Shown here in pieces: positions 19,380 through 30,489 of a stretch of DNA of 54,916 nucleotides. Positions within the stretch are counted from its first letter, which is position 1. Each line of letters opens with the position of its first letter. Under the pieces are notes generated by a model, which was not told the origin of the DNA, did no database searches, and saw only the letters and a program-made list of their open reading frames with translations. Made by a program: the position numbers and the translations under genes. The DNA comes from Gemmatimonadota bacterium (GTDB lineage Bacteria; Latescibacterota; UBA2968; UBA8231). The stretch covers positions 1-54,916 of the forward strand of contig JAYOYH010000032.1 of NCBI GenBank assembly GCA_038153405.1, read 5' to 3'.

Positions 19380-22300
19380 GTGCGTCTCACTCAACTGGAA
19401 GTATTTGGTTTTAAGTCTTTCGCCCAGAAAATCGTCATTCCCTTTGACCCGGGCATTACCGCCATTGTCGGCCCCAACGGATGCGGCAAATCAAATGTCG
19501 TAGAAGCCATCCGCTGGGTTCTCGGGGAACAGCGAGCCGGCGCATTCCGCAGCCACAAAATGGAGGAAGTCATCTTCTCGGGCACGCGCAACCGCAAGGC
19601 GCTCGGCATGTCGGAAGTCGCGTTGACGATTGAGAACCACGAAAATATCCTACCCGTCGAATTCAACGAGGTCATGCTGACTCGCCGCCTTTTCCGCTCC
19701 GGCGAGAGCGACTACCTGATGAACAAAATTCCCTGCCGCCTGCTCGACATCACCAATCTGCTGATGGACACCGGGCTCGGCCAGGGCGCCTACTCGGTCA
19801 TGGAACAGGGCATGATCGACGAAATCGTCAGCGAAAAAACGGAAAATCGCCGCCGCATCCTAGAGGAGGCGGCCGGTATCACCAAGTACAAGACGCGCCG
19901 GCGCTCGACGTGGAACCGCCTCGAAGCCACGCAGGCAGACCTGACGCGCATCGAAGACATCATCGCCGAAGTCAAGCGCCAGGTCGACTACCTCGGACGA
20001 CAGGTCGGCCGCGCCCGCCGCTATCAGGAATACAAGCAAGAACTCGACAACTTAGAGGTCCTGCTGGGGCGCTTCACGTTTTTTGCCATTCGCACTGAAC
20101 TCAAACCGCTCGAGGGGGAATTTGAGCAACTCAATCGCGGCAGTGAAGCCGACTATACCCAATTTACCACGCGCGAAGCCGAACTGGAAAAGGCGCGTCT
20201 GGCGCTGACCGACGCCGAACGGCAAATGCAAGAAGCCGGCCTGCAGCTCAACAGCCGCATTGAGGAAATACACGACAGAGAGCGCGAGTTGGTCGCGCTG
20301 CGCGGTCGGCGCGAAGCGGCCGAACAGAGCGTCGAGCGCGCCCAGCGCGAAGCCAAAGACTACGAAAACCAGCTGCAGCAGACGCGCGCCCAGCGCAGCG
20401 AAGCAGTTGAACGACTAGGCGCAGTCCGCCAAGCGCTGGCGGCCACCGAGTCCACCCTAGGCGAGCGTGAAAGGGAGGCACAGCAGAGCGAAGAAGCTTA
20501 TCGCGCTCTGCGCGCCGCACTCGAACAGCGCCAGCGCCAGCGCATGGACTACATGCGGCAGCAGGCCGACAGCAGTCGCGCACTCGAACGCCAACAGGCC
20601 GAGTGCGAGTCACTCGACGAGCGCGAGGGGGGCATGCGCAGCGAGTTGGAAAGCCTCGACGCCGAGGGCCAAAGCGCACATCAGCGCCACGCCGAGCTCG
20701 GCGTTCAGATCGAAGCGGCGCGCGCCCAGCTAGGCGAGGTCCGCCTGCACCAAGAACAGACCCAAGCCAAAGTCGGCGCCGCGCGCCAGCGCCTATACGG
20801 CCTCCAGACGGAGCGAGACGAACTGCTTCGCACAACCGCCGCCAACGAGGCGCGCCTACAGGTGTTGCAGAAGCTGCGCTCCGGCTACGAAGGCTATGCT
20901 AGCGGCGTGCGCACGCTCATGTTGGAATCGCCCTATGCCGACCTTTTCCAAGGCGTCCTCGGCGATCTAATCGAGGTGGCACCCGAGCATGCGCGCGCCG
21001 TAGAAACGGCACTGGGCGAATCGCTCCAAGCGCTGATCGCCCGAGACGACAGCGGCGTTATAAACGCCATACGCCATCTCAAAGAAAACTCGGGGCGAGC
21101 GGGTATATATCCCTTGGACTGGCCGCTGTCACCCCAGCCTAGCACTGCGCTGTCACCGGCACCCGGCCTGCGCGGTCCCCTACTCGACTTCGTGCGCGTC
21201 GACGCTGTCGCCGTGCCGCTGCTGCAGCACCTCTTGCACAATACCTACTTAATCGACGATCTCGGCAGCGCGCTGGAATTGGCCCGCCACAACGCATCGG
21301 CGGCCATGCGCTTTATCACTCCGGATGGCGATGCCATCGACCTCTACGGGCGCATAGCCGGCGGCAAGGCCGGAGACGAGGAGTCAGCCGTCCTCGGTCG
21401 GCGCCGCGAAATCCGCACCCTGCGCGACCTGCTCGCCCGCCAGGGGGCCCAGCTCGTCGCTCTCGATCTGCAGATCAAGGCACAGGACAGGCGGCGCGCC
21501 ACGCTTGAAGACATGCAGCAAACCCTCGACGACCGAGTCGATCAGTGCCGCGAAGCGGAGCGCGATACCACCCATAGCCACCAGAGCGCCGGCCAAGAAG
21601 TGCAGCGCCTAGAGGCGCGCTTGGCACAGCTGCGCGCAGAAGCGGCCCGCATTGCCGAGCGCAGCCATTCGCTGCGCGACTCCATTGCCGCGCAGACCCA
21701 GCGCCTGACCCAAATAGACGAGCAAACCCGAGGCATCGAACAGGCCATCGAGGAGGGTGAAGTCGAACTGCGCGCCAGCGAAAATACGCGCCAGGAAAAA
21801 CGCGATCAGCTCGGCGTGCTGCGCGTTGAACGAGCGCGCACGGCCGAATCGTCCCAAAGCTTAGAGCGCGATGCCCAACGCCTGGGCAATATCGAGGAAA
21901 ACTTGGTGCGCAATATCGATCGCCTGCAGAAGGAAAGCGAGCAGGCCGCGCGCGAATCGGAAGAGCGCAGTGCAGATATCGTTCGATTAGAAGAGGCACT
22001 GCGCGACCTGCACGAGGGGCGCGAGGTGCTGGCCGCAGCCCAGGACGAGCGTCGCCAACACTGGGCACAGCTCAACGCGCAAAACAGAGACTTGGAAGAG
22101 CAGATCAGCCGCATGCAGCGCACGCTCAACGCCCAACGCGAGCGCAGGCACCAGGTGGAGCTGCGCATTTCCGAACTGGGCAATCGCGCCAAGTCCATCC
22201 GCGAAAGGCTGCAGGAAGAGCAGCACTGCGACGTCGAGGCCATGGGCGCACCGGAAGAGGAAGTCAATGCCGAGGAATCGCAGCGCCGACTGGACGAGCT

Positions 22301-22943
22301 GCGCCAAGCCCTGCATCGGCTCGGCTCCGTGCACCTAGGCGTGCTGGAAGAATACGACGAGCAAAAGGAGCGCTATGACTTCCTAGTGCAGCAGCGCGAC
22401 GATCTCGTGGTGGCGGCAGAAGATCTCAAAAAGACGCTCAACCTCATCGACCGCACGGCGCGGCGCATGTTTATGGAAACCTTCGGTCAGATTCGAGAAA
22501 AGTTCCAGCAGACCTACGCGCGCTTTTTCGAAGGCGGGCAGGCCGACCTGACGCTAGAAGAGGGCGTCGACCCATTAGAGGCCGGCATAGAAATTATTGC
22601 ACGGCCGCGCGGCAAGCAGCTGCAGAGTATCGCCCTGCTGTCGGGCGGCGAGCGCGCGCTGACGGCGATCTCGCTGCTCTTTGCCATCTACCTCGTCAAG
22701 CCCAGTCCCTTTTGCATTCTCGACGAAGTGGATGCGCCGCTGGACGACAGCAACATCGGCCGCTTCGTGCGCGTGCTTAAAGAGTTCGCGCGCAAAACGC
22801 AGTTTATCGTCGTGACGCACAACAAAATAACCATGGCCTCTGCCGATACGCTGCACGGGGTCACCATGCCCGAAGAAGGCGTGTCGCAGCTGGTATCGGT
22901 TCGCGTTGACGAGAGCGACCAACTGGTCGAAGCGGCCGGATAG
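19380..22943 (+). CDS. smc: Chromosome segregation protein SMC
   Basis: GFKSFA, GPNGCGKSN, coiled coils and hinge, LSGGERAL, LDEVDAPLD, VTHNK. Confidence 0.97.
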   Translation: MRLTQLEVFGFKSFAQKIVIPFDPGITAIVGPNGCGKSNVVEAIRWVLGEQRAGAFRSHKMEEVIFSGTRNRKALGMSEVALTIENHENILPVEFNEVMLTRRLFRSGESDYLMNKIPCRLLDITNLLMDTGLGQGAYSVMEQGMIDEIVSEKTENRRRILEEAAGITKYKTRRRSTWNRLEATQADLTRIEDIIAEVKRQVDYLGRQVGRARRYQEYKQELDNLEVLLGRFTFFAIRTELKPLEGEFEQLNRGSEADYTQFTTREAELEKARLALTDAERQMQEAGLQLNSRIEEIHDRERELVALRGRREAAEQSVERAQREAKDYENQLQQTRAQRSEAVERLGAVRQALAATESTLGEREREAQQSEEAYRALRAALEQRQRQRMDYMRQQADSSRALERQQAECESLDEREGGMRSELESLDAEGQSAHQRHAELGVQIEAARAQLGEVRLHQEQTQAKVGAARQRLYGLQTERDELLRTTAANEARLQVLQKLRSGYEGYASGVRTLMLESPYADLFQGVLGDLIEVAPEHARAVETALGESLQALIARDDSGVINAIRHLKENSGRAGIYPLDWPLSPQPSTALSPAPGLRGPLLDFVRVDAVAVPLLQHLLHNTYLIDDLGSALELARHNASAAMRFITPDGDAIDLYGRIAGGKAGDEESAVLGRRREIRTLRDLLARQGAQLVALDLQIKAQDRRRATLEDMQQTLDDRVDQCREAERDTTHSHQSAGQEVQRLEARLAQLRAEAARIAERSHSLRDSIAAQTQRLTQIDEQTRGIEQAIEEGEVELRASENTRQEKRDQLGVLRVERARTAESSQSLERDAQRLGNIEENLVRNIDRLQKESEQAARESEERSADIVRLEEALRDLHEGREVLAAAQDERRQHWAQLNAQNRDLEEQISRMQRTLNAQRERRHQVELRISELGNRAKSIRERLQEEQHCDVEAMGAPEEEVNAEESQRRLDELRQALHRLGSVHLGVLEEYDEQKERYDFLVQQRDDLVVAAEDLKKTLNLIDRTARRMFMETFGQIREKFQQTYARFFEGGQADLTLEEGVDPLEAGIEIIARPRGKQLQSIALLSGGERALTAISLLFAIYLVKPSPFCILDEVDAPLDDSNIGRFVRVLKEFARKTQFIVVTHNKITMASADTLHGVTMPEEGVSQLVSVRVDESDQLVEAAG

Positions 22944-22968
22944 TACGCGAGTTTAGCCGTTGCGGAAA

Positions 22969-23820
22969 TTACTCGTCGAGCCGGTAGATGTTCTCGTCGA
23001 CCAGGCGCTGCGCGCGTTCGCGGGTGCGCGCATCATCTGCCTGCAGCGCCGCCTGCAAGAAGTGCGGATTCTCAACGAGGAAGGCGCGCATCGCCGCGTG
23101 TGGATCGCGGTAATAGGCCGCTAGCAGTTCCGCCTGTGTCGCATTGATATGCCCGACCTCGACGAGGCGCGCAAAGAGCGCTTCGTCAACGCGCAGCAGA
23201 GCACTCGACGGCACTCCCCTCTCGCACAGCGCTTCAATACCTCCCTGACCGCGGTCGACCACGTTGGCGCTGTAGACAATTTGCCCGCCCCCTTCGCCGA
23301 CCAGCGGTATCCAGTCGCGAAAATAGCTCGACGCCTCCGTTACCAGATCGGCCACGTGCAGTGTGCGCAACCCCTCGACGCCAGCGGTGGACACCTGCTG
23401 GCCGTCAAAGAGCACCTTCTGGCGGTTCTTGAAGATGAGCAGATTGGGTTTGCCCAGGCGCTCGGCCACGGCCAGCGAGAAAAACCAATCGCGGCGCTCA
23501 CCACCCGATACGGCATCGATCTCGCCGGCCAGCGCGCTCTGCGCACGGGCCACGAGCGCATCGACGACGTGCCGATAGATCGCATTGTCCTCGTATTGGC
23601 CCAGCACGCGCTCGCGCAGATCAAAAGCAAAGCGCGGATGGGCTTTTTCCGCATCGATAAAAGCCAGTAGATCGGCGGCGGCGTCCGGCCCCCCGTATAG
23701 GTTTTCGGTATTTATGTAGTAGGGTCCGACCGTGCCCGACGTGTACCAGAATACCGCTCCCTCGGGTGCCAGGCGCAGCGCCCCAGTCTCTAGCAGAGCC
23801 CGCACTAAATCAACGCTCAT
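22969..23820 (-). CDS. Orotate phosphoribosyltransferase-like PRTase (divergent)
   Basis: FWYTSGTVGPYYIN, degenerate PRPP loop LHVADLVTEASS, VVDRGQGG. Confidence 0.65.
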   Translation of the reverse strand: MSVDLVRALLETGALRLAPEGAVFWYTSGTVGPYYINTENLYGGPDAAADLLAFIDAEKAHPRFAFDLRERVLGQYEDNAIYRHVVDALVARAQSALAGEIDAVSGGERRDWFFSLAVAERLGKPNLLIFKNRQKVLFDGQQVSTAGVEGLRTLHVADLVTEASSYFRDWIPLVGEGGGQIVYSANVVDRGQGGIEALCERGVPSSALLRVDEALFARLVEVGHINATQAELLAAYYRDPHAAMRAFLVENPHFLQAALQADDARTRERAQRLVDENIYRLDE

Positions 23821-23854
23821 CTCGCCTCCTCATACACATGGAAACCCGCATGGC

Positions 23855-24508
23855 TCAGGCCGCCTTGCCGCAGCACTTCTTGTATTTCTTGCCGCTGCCG
23901 CAGGTGCACGGATCGTTGCGCCCCACCTTGGGCATCTCGCGGCGAAACGTCTCGACCTTGGTTGGAAACAGCCGGCCGCCCTCCAGCATTTCAGCCGGCT
24001 TCTTTCCCTCCAGAGCTTCGCGCGGCGTTTGCAGCCATTCCTCGTGCAGTTCCTGCATCGCGTCGCTCATTTCGCCCTGTCCCGCATCCATCTCCACGCC
24101 GCGCTCCTGACAAAAAGCGCCGAAGTCGGCCAGTAGCGCGCCGCGCGGCGAGGCGAGCATTTTCTGCACCTGACTCATATCAACCCCTGGGGGCAACATG
24201 CCCCGCAGTTCCTCCATATTCAGATCGGCCGGGTCAAAATCATCCTCGTCTGCCGTCTCGACATCGCCTTCTCCAGCCGTCTCGCTATCGCCTTCACCAT
24301 CTTCCTGGTCAGGCGCTTCCGGTGCCACATGCGCTGCGATCTGCTGCAATAGGTCGCCGATAGGACTATCAGCGGCCTGTCCTACCTGCTCGAGAATCCA
24401 CCCCACTTCCTCTCCGTCTTCCAGCAGTTCGACAATCTCCTCGGCGGAGAACTTGTCGACGCCCGCACTTTCGCACAGCGATTTCAGCTGCTCTACCAAT
24501 TCTTGCAC
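23855..24508 (-). CDS. Acidic protein with C-terminal SEC-C zinc motif
   Basis: [24 protein letters not shown]...L.GK.P motif. Confidence 0.85.
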   Translation of the reverse strand: MQELVEQLKSLCESAGVDKFSAEEIVELLEDGEEVGWILEQVGQAADSPIGDLLQQIAAHVAPEAPDQEDGEGDSETAGEGDVETADEDDFDPADLNMEELRGMLPPGVDMSQVQKMLASPRGALLADFGAFCQERGVEMDAGQGEMSDAMQELHEEWLQTPREALEGKKPAEMLEGGRLFPTKVETFRREMPKVGRNDPCTCGSGKKYKKCCGKAA

Positions 24509-24708
24509 TCACTCAACTCCATTCGCGATGGGCTGTACTTAATGGGTTTAGAAAACTATTACCTGCCCTGTCAAAAGTCAAAATAGGGTACAGTGAGACC
24601 ATCAGATTTCTGGTACCTCCTCAGATTTCTGAGGAAGATCTTCGATCAATCAATACAAAATGGGGCTTTTTTCGGCTATAATCGCGGCAAAAGAGCCGAT
24701 TTCAGCTG

Positions 24709-24724
24709 CGGTACGGAACTTGCT
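24709..24724 (+). promoter_or_regulatory. Sigma-54-type -24/-12 promoter
   Basis: CGGTACGGAACTTGCT: GG-N10-GC, close to the consensus TGGCACG-N4-TTGC(A/T); about 90 nt upstream of the ECF sigma gene. Confidence 0.55.
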
Positions 24725-24812
24725 AAACACCCTGCACGTGCGGCGAGCCCGCACGCGTTAGCTTCCCCAAATCCTGTGCCATCTATTCAGGCCACTACGA
24801 AAGGGACGCGTT

Positions 24813-25421
24813 ATGGAAGCCATGGAAAAGCTCAGCGATCGACAAGTGTTGCAAAGAGCAGCAACAGACCAGGGATACCTCTCCCTTTTGGTAAAGCGCT
24901 ATCGCACTCCCCTCTACAACTTCGTCTACCGCTTTGTCGGCGACCGCGAAACGGCAGAGGACATCGTTCAGGAGACCTTTCTCCGCTGCATGCGGCACAG
25001 CCATCAGTATCCGGCTATCGAACAGGTCTCGACGTGGCTCTATACCATCGCCGGCAACCTGGCCAAAACCGAACTGCGCCGACGCAAGCGCTGGCACTGG
25101 ATTCCCATTGGACCCAGCGAAGATGAAGAGCGCACCGCATTCTACGAGCCGGTTGATCGCGAGCGCCTGCCCGGCGAACGCGCCGACTCTAACCAAGTGC
25201 AAGACGCCGTGGTTGCAGCAATACACCAGCTGCCCGACGAGTTCCGCGAAGCCGTGTTGCTGCGCGACCTTAACGGTCTATCCTACGAAGACATCGCAAA
25301 GATCATCTGCTGTCCGGTAGGAACGGTCAAGTCGCGCGTCAATCGCGGCCGCCTGCGGCTGCAAAAAACGCTGCGCAACTTGGCCGAGGAAATCATCGGG
25401 CCTCTGGCAGCTACCGCCTAA
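24813..25421 (+). CDS. ECF sigma-70 family factor
   Basis: AEDIVQETF, STWLYTIAGN, LPDEFREAVLLRD..GLSYEDIA, GTVKSRVNRGR. Confidence 0.93.
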   Translation: MEAMEKLSDRQVLQRAATDQGYLSLLVKRYRTPLYNFVYRFVGDRETAEDIVQETFLRCMRHSHQYPAIEQVSTWLYTIAGNLAKTELRRRKRWHWIPIGPSEDEERTAFYEPVDRERLPGERADSNQVQDAVVAAIHQLPDEFREAVLLRDLNGLSYEDIAKIICCPVGTVKSRVNRGRLRLQKTLRNLAEEIIGPLAATA

Positions 25422-25443
25422 TGCGCTGCCTATAGGATTCCGT

Positions 25444-25478
25444 AGGCGCCCGCTCAAAAGGCGGGCGCCTTTCTATTT
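25444..25478 (+). terminator. Intrinsic terminator after the ECF sigma gene
   Basis: AGGCGCCCGC-N7-GCGGGCGCCT-TTCTATTT. Confidence 0.7.
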
Positions 25479-25527
25479 GACGCACTCGGCAGGACCGACT
25501 ATCTTCGGCGGCAAAAAGGACGATTCC

Positions 25528-26583
25528 ATGGCACTGCAAATCGACGAAAACCGGCTCCTGTCGCACATAGAACGCCTGCTGCCCATACACGCTCCTTCGG
25601 GCTACGAGGCAGAAGCGGACGCCCTCGTGCAGGACCTGATTGGCGGCCTGGGCGAGCGGACCTGGCAGGATGCGGCCGGCAATATCATCATCCACATAAA
25701 GGGTCGGCAAAGCAATGCACCCATCGCCGTCATTTCCCATAAAGACGAGATATCGATGATCGTCAAACGCGTGGAGGAAGACGGCCGCCTGCGCGTCGTG
25801 CCGGTCGGCGGACTGCACCCTTGGGCCATCGGCGAAACGCCGGTGGAAGTGCTGGGCGACGACCTCGTGCCCGGCGTGCTGTCCATCGGCGCCAAACACG
25901 TGTCCAATGCCAGTCCCGCCGGCAAGCTAAAAGAGGGCGCAGGGCTGGTATGGGAAGATATGTGGGTGGAGTGCAAGCTATCGGTAGGCCAACTGGCCGA
26001 GCGCGGCGTGCGCGTTGGCACGCGCGTCTGCATCGCGCGCCACCGCAAAAACCTCTGGCATATGGAGGACTATCTGTGCGGCTATAACCTAGACTGTCGC
26101 GCCGGACTGGCCGCGCTCTTTGAAGTAGCGCAGCAGCTGGCCGACAACCAGCCCGCACAGGACGTGTACGTGGTGGCAAGCGAAAGCGAAGAGATCGGCG
26201 GACAGGGCGCGGCCTACGCATTGGCCAACCTACCCGTAGATACAGCCGTTGCCGTCGACATTGCTCCAGCGGCTGAAGAGTACGGCACGCGCAACAGCGG
26301 CGATCCCATTCTCATAGAAAAGGATGCGCGGGGCGTCTACCACGCCGCCACCAACAGGCATCTGGAAGCGCTGGCTATCGCCGAAGGTTTTAATGTGCAG
26401 AAGGCCGTCGTCACGTCCTATGCCAGCGACAGCAGCATTGCGCGAGCCAGCGGAATCGTCGCGCGTGCAGCGCTGATAGGCTATCCCGGCGACAATACGC
26501 ACGGCTACGAGATTTGCTCGCGCGAGGGTATCGTCAACACGACGCGGCTGCTGCTGGCCTACGTGCTCAACCCCATGCCGTAG
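25528..26583 (+). CDS. M42-family metallopeptidase
   Basis: SGYE, SHKDEI, LDCRAG, EEIG, VDI, NTHGYE; ATG 25528 after AAGGA. Confidence 0.88.
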   Translation: MALQIDENRLLSHIERLLPIHAPSGYEAEADALVQDLIGGLGERTWQDAAGNIIIHIKGRQSNAPIAVISHKDEISMIVKRVEEDGRLRVVPVGGLHPWAIGETPVEVLGDDLVPGVLSIGAKHVSNASPAGKLKEGAGLVWEDMWVECKLSVGQLAERGVRVGTRVCIARHRKNLWHMEDYLCGYNLDCRAGLAALFEVAQQLADNQPAQDVYVVASESEEIGGQGAAYALANLPVDTAVAVDIAPAAEEYGTRNSGDPILIEKDARGVYHAATNRHLEALAIAEGFNVQKAVVTSYASDSSIARASGIVARAALIGYPGDNTHGYEICSREGIVNTTRLLLAYVLNPMP

Positions 26584-26595
26584 GAAACGCTCGCG

Positions 26596-27648
26596 TTAAA
26601 AAGCGCGCTGCACGAGAAAATCGAGCATTTCCGCCAATATGTCGCGCCCGGTGTTCTGCGGTATCTGCTCCAAATAGTGGCGGCTTTCGCGCGCCTTCTC
26701 CATGCACACTTCTTCGGCGTATTCGCAGCAGCCGTAATGCTCGACTAGCGCGATGACGCGTTCGATCTGCTCGACTGTATTGTGCTGCCGATCTTCGTGT
26801 AAAATCTCCAGCACCTCCATCTTCTCCTGCGCCGAGCACTTGCGCAGCAGGTCGATGATAATGAGCGTGCGCTTGCCCTCGGCAATATCGCCTCCGCGCT
26901 CCTTGCCATAGGCACCCGAAGTCAATCCCGGCGCGACCGATGCATCCTGTTCGGACGTGCGCAGGTTGAGCAGATCGTCGCGTATTTGAAAGGCGATGGC
27001 CATCGCCTCGCCAAAATGGCCGACCGTCTCGCGCAGCTGCGGTGTCGCATCGGCAATGATCGCTCCCGCCGTGCAAGGACCGCGCCCGGTGTACCAGCCC
27101 GTTTTCTTGCGCAGCATAACCATGAATTCTTCTTCGCTGGGAATGTGCCGTTGGCGTATCCAGCCCACGTCGTAGGCCTGCCCCTCAAACGTTTCCCGCG
27201 ACCCGCGAATCATTTCCTCTATCAGATCCAGCGATTTCTCAGCGCCCAGTAGAGGGCGATTGGCGCTGAGCACCTCGAAGACCTTGGCGTAGAGCGCATC
27301 GCCGATATTAATACTCAACGGCGTGCCGTGCATCTTGTGCAAGCAGGCCTTGCCGCGGCGCATTTCCGAATCGTCTTCGATATCGTCGTGCACGACGGCA
27401 AAGGACTGGAACATTTCGAATGCAGCAGCCGTGCGCACCGCCTTTTTCATATCGCCGTTAAACACCTGGCAGGCGAGCAGGACCAGCGCCGGGCGAAAGC
27501 GTTTGCCGCCGCGCTCCGGATAGTCGCGCATGGGCGCATAGAGAAAGTCCTCGGGTTCCTGCACGGGCAGAAATTCGAACATCTCCCGTTCTATTTCGGG
27601 AATATAGCGGTGCAGGAAATCACTCAGTCCACGGGGAACGGAAGCCAT
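26596..27648 (-). CDS. Short-chain trans-polyprenyl diphosphate synthase (GGPP/FPP synthase-like)
   Basis: GGKRFRP, HDDIEDDSEMRRG, EGQA.D, KKTG, FQIRDD. Confidence 0.92.
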   Translation of the reverse strand: MASVPRGLSDFLHRYIPEIEREMFEFLPVQEPEDFLYAPMRDYPERGGKRFRPALVLLACQVFNGDMKKAVRTAAAFEMFQSFAVVHDDIEDDSEMRRGKACLHKMHGTPLSINIGDALYAKVFEVLSANRPLLGAEKSLDLIEEMIRGSRETFEGQAYDVGWIRQRHIPSEEEFMVMLRKKTGWYTGRGPCTAGAIIADATPQLRETVGHFGEAMAIAFQIRDDLLNLRTSEQDASVAPGLTSGAYGKERGGDIAEGKRTLIIIDLLRKCSAQEKMEVLEILHEDRQHNTVEQIERVIALVEHYGCCEYAEEVCMEKARESRHYLEQIPQNTGRDILAEMLDFLVQRAF

Positions 27649-27712
27649 AGATAACCTTTGCAGCTACGGGTATTCCACCAATTAGAATAAATTGTCGCGC
27701 GTGGGCAACACA

Positions 27713-27747
27713 AAGCAAAAGGCCAACCACCGGCAGATGGTTGGCCT
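27713..27747 (-). terminator. atp operon terminator
   Basis: AGGCCAACCA/TGGTTGGCCT stem followed by TTTGCTTT on the minus strand. Confidence 0.7.
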
Positions 27748-27769
27748 AGAAAAAAGGAGCTACGACGCA

Positions 27770-28177
27770 CTATAGTTGGCCGCTCACCTTGAGGCGATTG
27801 AGCGCGCGAGCCAGCGCAGCCTGTGCGCGAGCCGAGTCAACGGCCTCGGCGGCGGATTGGGCGAGGCGACCCTCAGCCCTTTCGCGCGCGCTGCGGGCGC
27901 GATCGACATTGATCTGATCGGCGCGTTCCGCCGTTTCGGCTAGCACGGTGACGCCCTGTGGGGCGACCTGAGCAAAGCCGCCGCTAATAGCCATTTTCAG
28001 CTCCGCTCCGCCCTCTTCGTCGATATTGAGGATGCCTATCTGCAGGGAGGTGAGAAAGGGCACGTGGCCGGACAGGACGCCAAAGCTGCCCTCGCTGCCC
28101 GGAGCCTGCACGTGGCGCACCTGCCCCGAGTAAACGGTCTTTTCCGGCGTGACAATGTCTAGTTGGAACGCGGCCAT
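27770..28177 (-). CDS. atpC: ATP synthase epsilon
   Basis: LDIVTPE, GSFGVLSGHVP, SGGFA; operon position. Confidence 0.95.
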   Translation of the reverse strand: MAAFQLDIVTPEKTVYSGQVRHVQAPGSEGSFGVLSGHVPFLTSLQIGILNIDEEGGAELKMAISGGFAQVAPQGVTVLAETAERADQINVDRARSARERAEGRLAQSAAEAVDSARAQAALARALNRLKVSGQL

Positions 28178-28180
28178 GCC

Positions 28181-29584
<1,404 letters not shown>

Positions 29585-29608
29585 TTATTCCTCAAGAGTA
29601 AAACGCCG

Positions 29609-30469
29609 CTAAGCCACGGCTTCGGCGCCGCCGATGATATCCATCAATTCCAGCGTGATGGATGACTGCCGCACCTTATTCATTTCGCGCGTCAATTCGT
29701 CGAGTAGATCGCCGGCATTCTTGGTCGCATTGTCCATGGCCGTCATCTGCGCGGCAAAAAATCCAGCATTGACTTCCAGTAGCGCGCGCCAAACTTGAAA
29801 GTTGACGTGCCGAGGCACCAGCGTGTCGAGCAGGGCCTCCGGGGAGGGTTCGAAAATATAGTCTACCTCCCGCTCTTCCCCTCTGTCTTCTTGCTTGGGC
29901 AGAATCGGCAGTAACTGCTGCGCGATCGGCACCTGCTGAGCTACGGAGCGGAACTCGCTGAACACGAGCAATACGCGGTCGACCTCACCGGAGATAAAGC
30001 GCTTCGTGAGGCCCTGCGCAATTTCCGCCGCCCTGGAAAATTCCAACTGGCGGAAAACCTCTCTGTAGTTGGTGGCAATGGATACATCCCGATTGCGGAA
30101 GTAGTTGTATCCCTTGCGCCCAACCGTAACCAATTCGACGGTTTTGCCCGCGTATTCTTTGAGTTCGCCCTGCACGCGTCGACAGATGCTGCCATTAAAG
30201 GCCCCGCACAAACCGCGGTCTGCCGTCACGACAACGAGCGCAATTCGCTCGGCGGAGCGCTCGCGGAAAAGCGGATTTTCCTCGGGATCAATGCTCTTCT
30301 GCAGATTGCCCAACACCGCGTCCAACTGCTGCGCATAGGGGCGCGCTGCCTCAATGGCATCTTGCGCCCGACGCATCTTAGCAGCGGCGACCATCTGCAT
30401 GGCATTGGTAACGCGCTGAATATTGGAAATGCTAGCAACGCGCGTTCTGAGCTGGCGAAGTGTAGCCAC
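29609..30469 (-). CDS. atpG: ATP synthase gamma
   Basis: AMQMVAAAK, DRGLCGAFN, MDNATKNA, RQSSITLEL. Confidence 0.97.
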   Translation of the reverse strand: MATLRQLRTRVASISNIQRVTNAMQMVAAAKMRRAQDAIEAARPYAQQLDAVLGNLQKSIDPEENPLFRERSAERIALVVVTADRGLCGAFNGSICRRVQGELKEYAGKTVELVTVGRKGYNYFRNRDVSIATNYREVFRQLEFSRAAEIAQGLTKRFISGEVDRVLLVFSEFRSVAQQVPIAQQLLPILPKQEDRGEEREVDYIFEPSPEALLDTLVPRHVNFQVWRALLEVNAGFFAAQMTAMDNATKNAGDLLDELTREMNKVRQSSITLELMDIIGGAEAVA

Positions 30470-30489
30470 TTCTCTTTCCCTTCGTTATC

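Noticed and set aside
19380..22943. smc as a Wadjet/MksB-type defence or novel SMC system
   Set aside because: It has canonical Smc length and motifs, with no jet/mks partners; unlinked scpAB is common.
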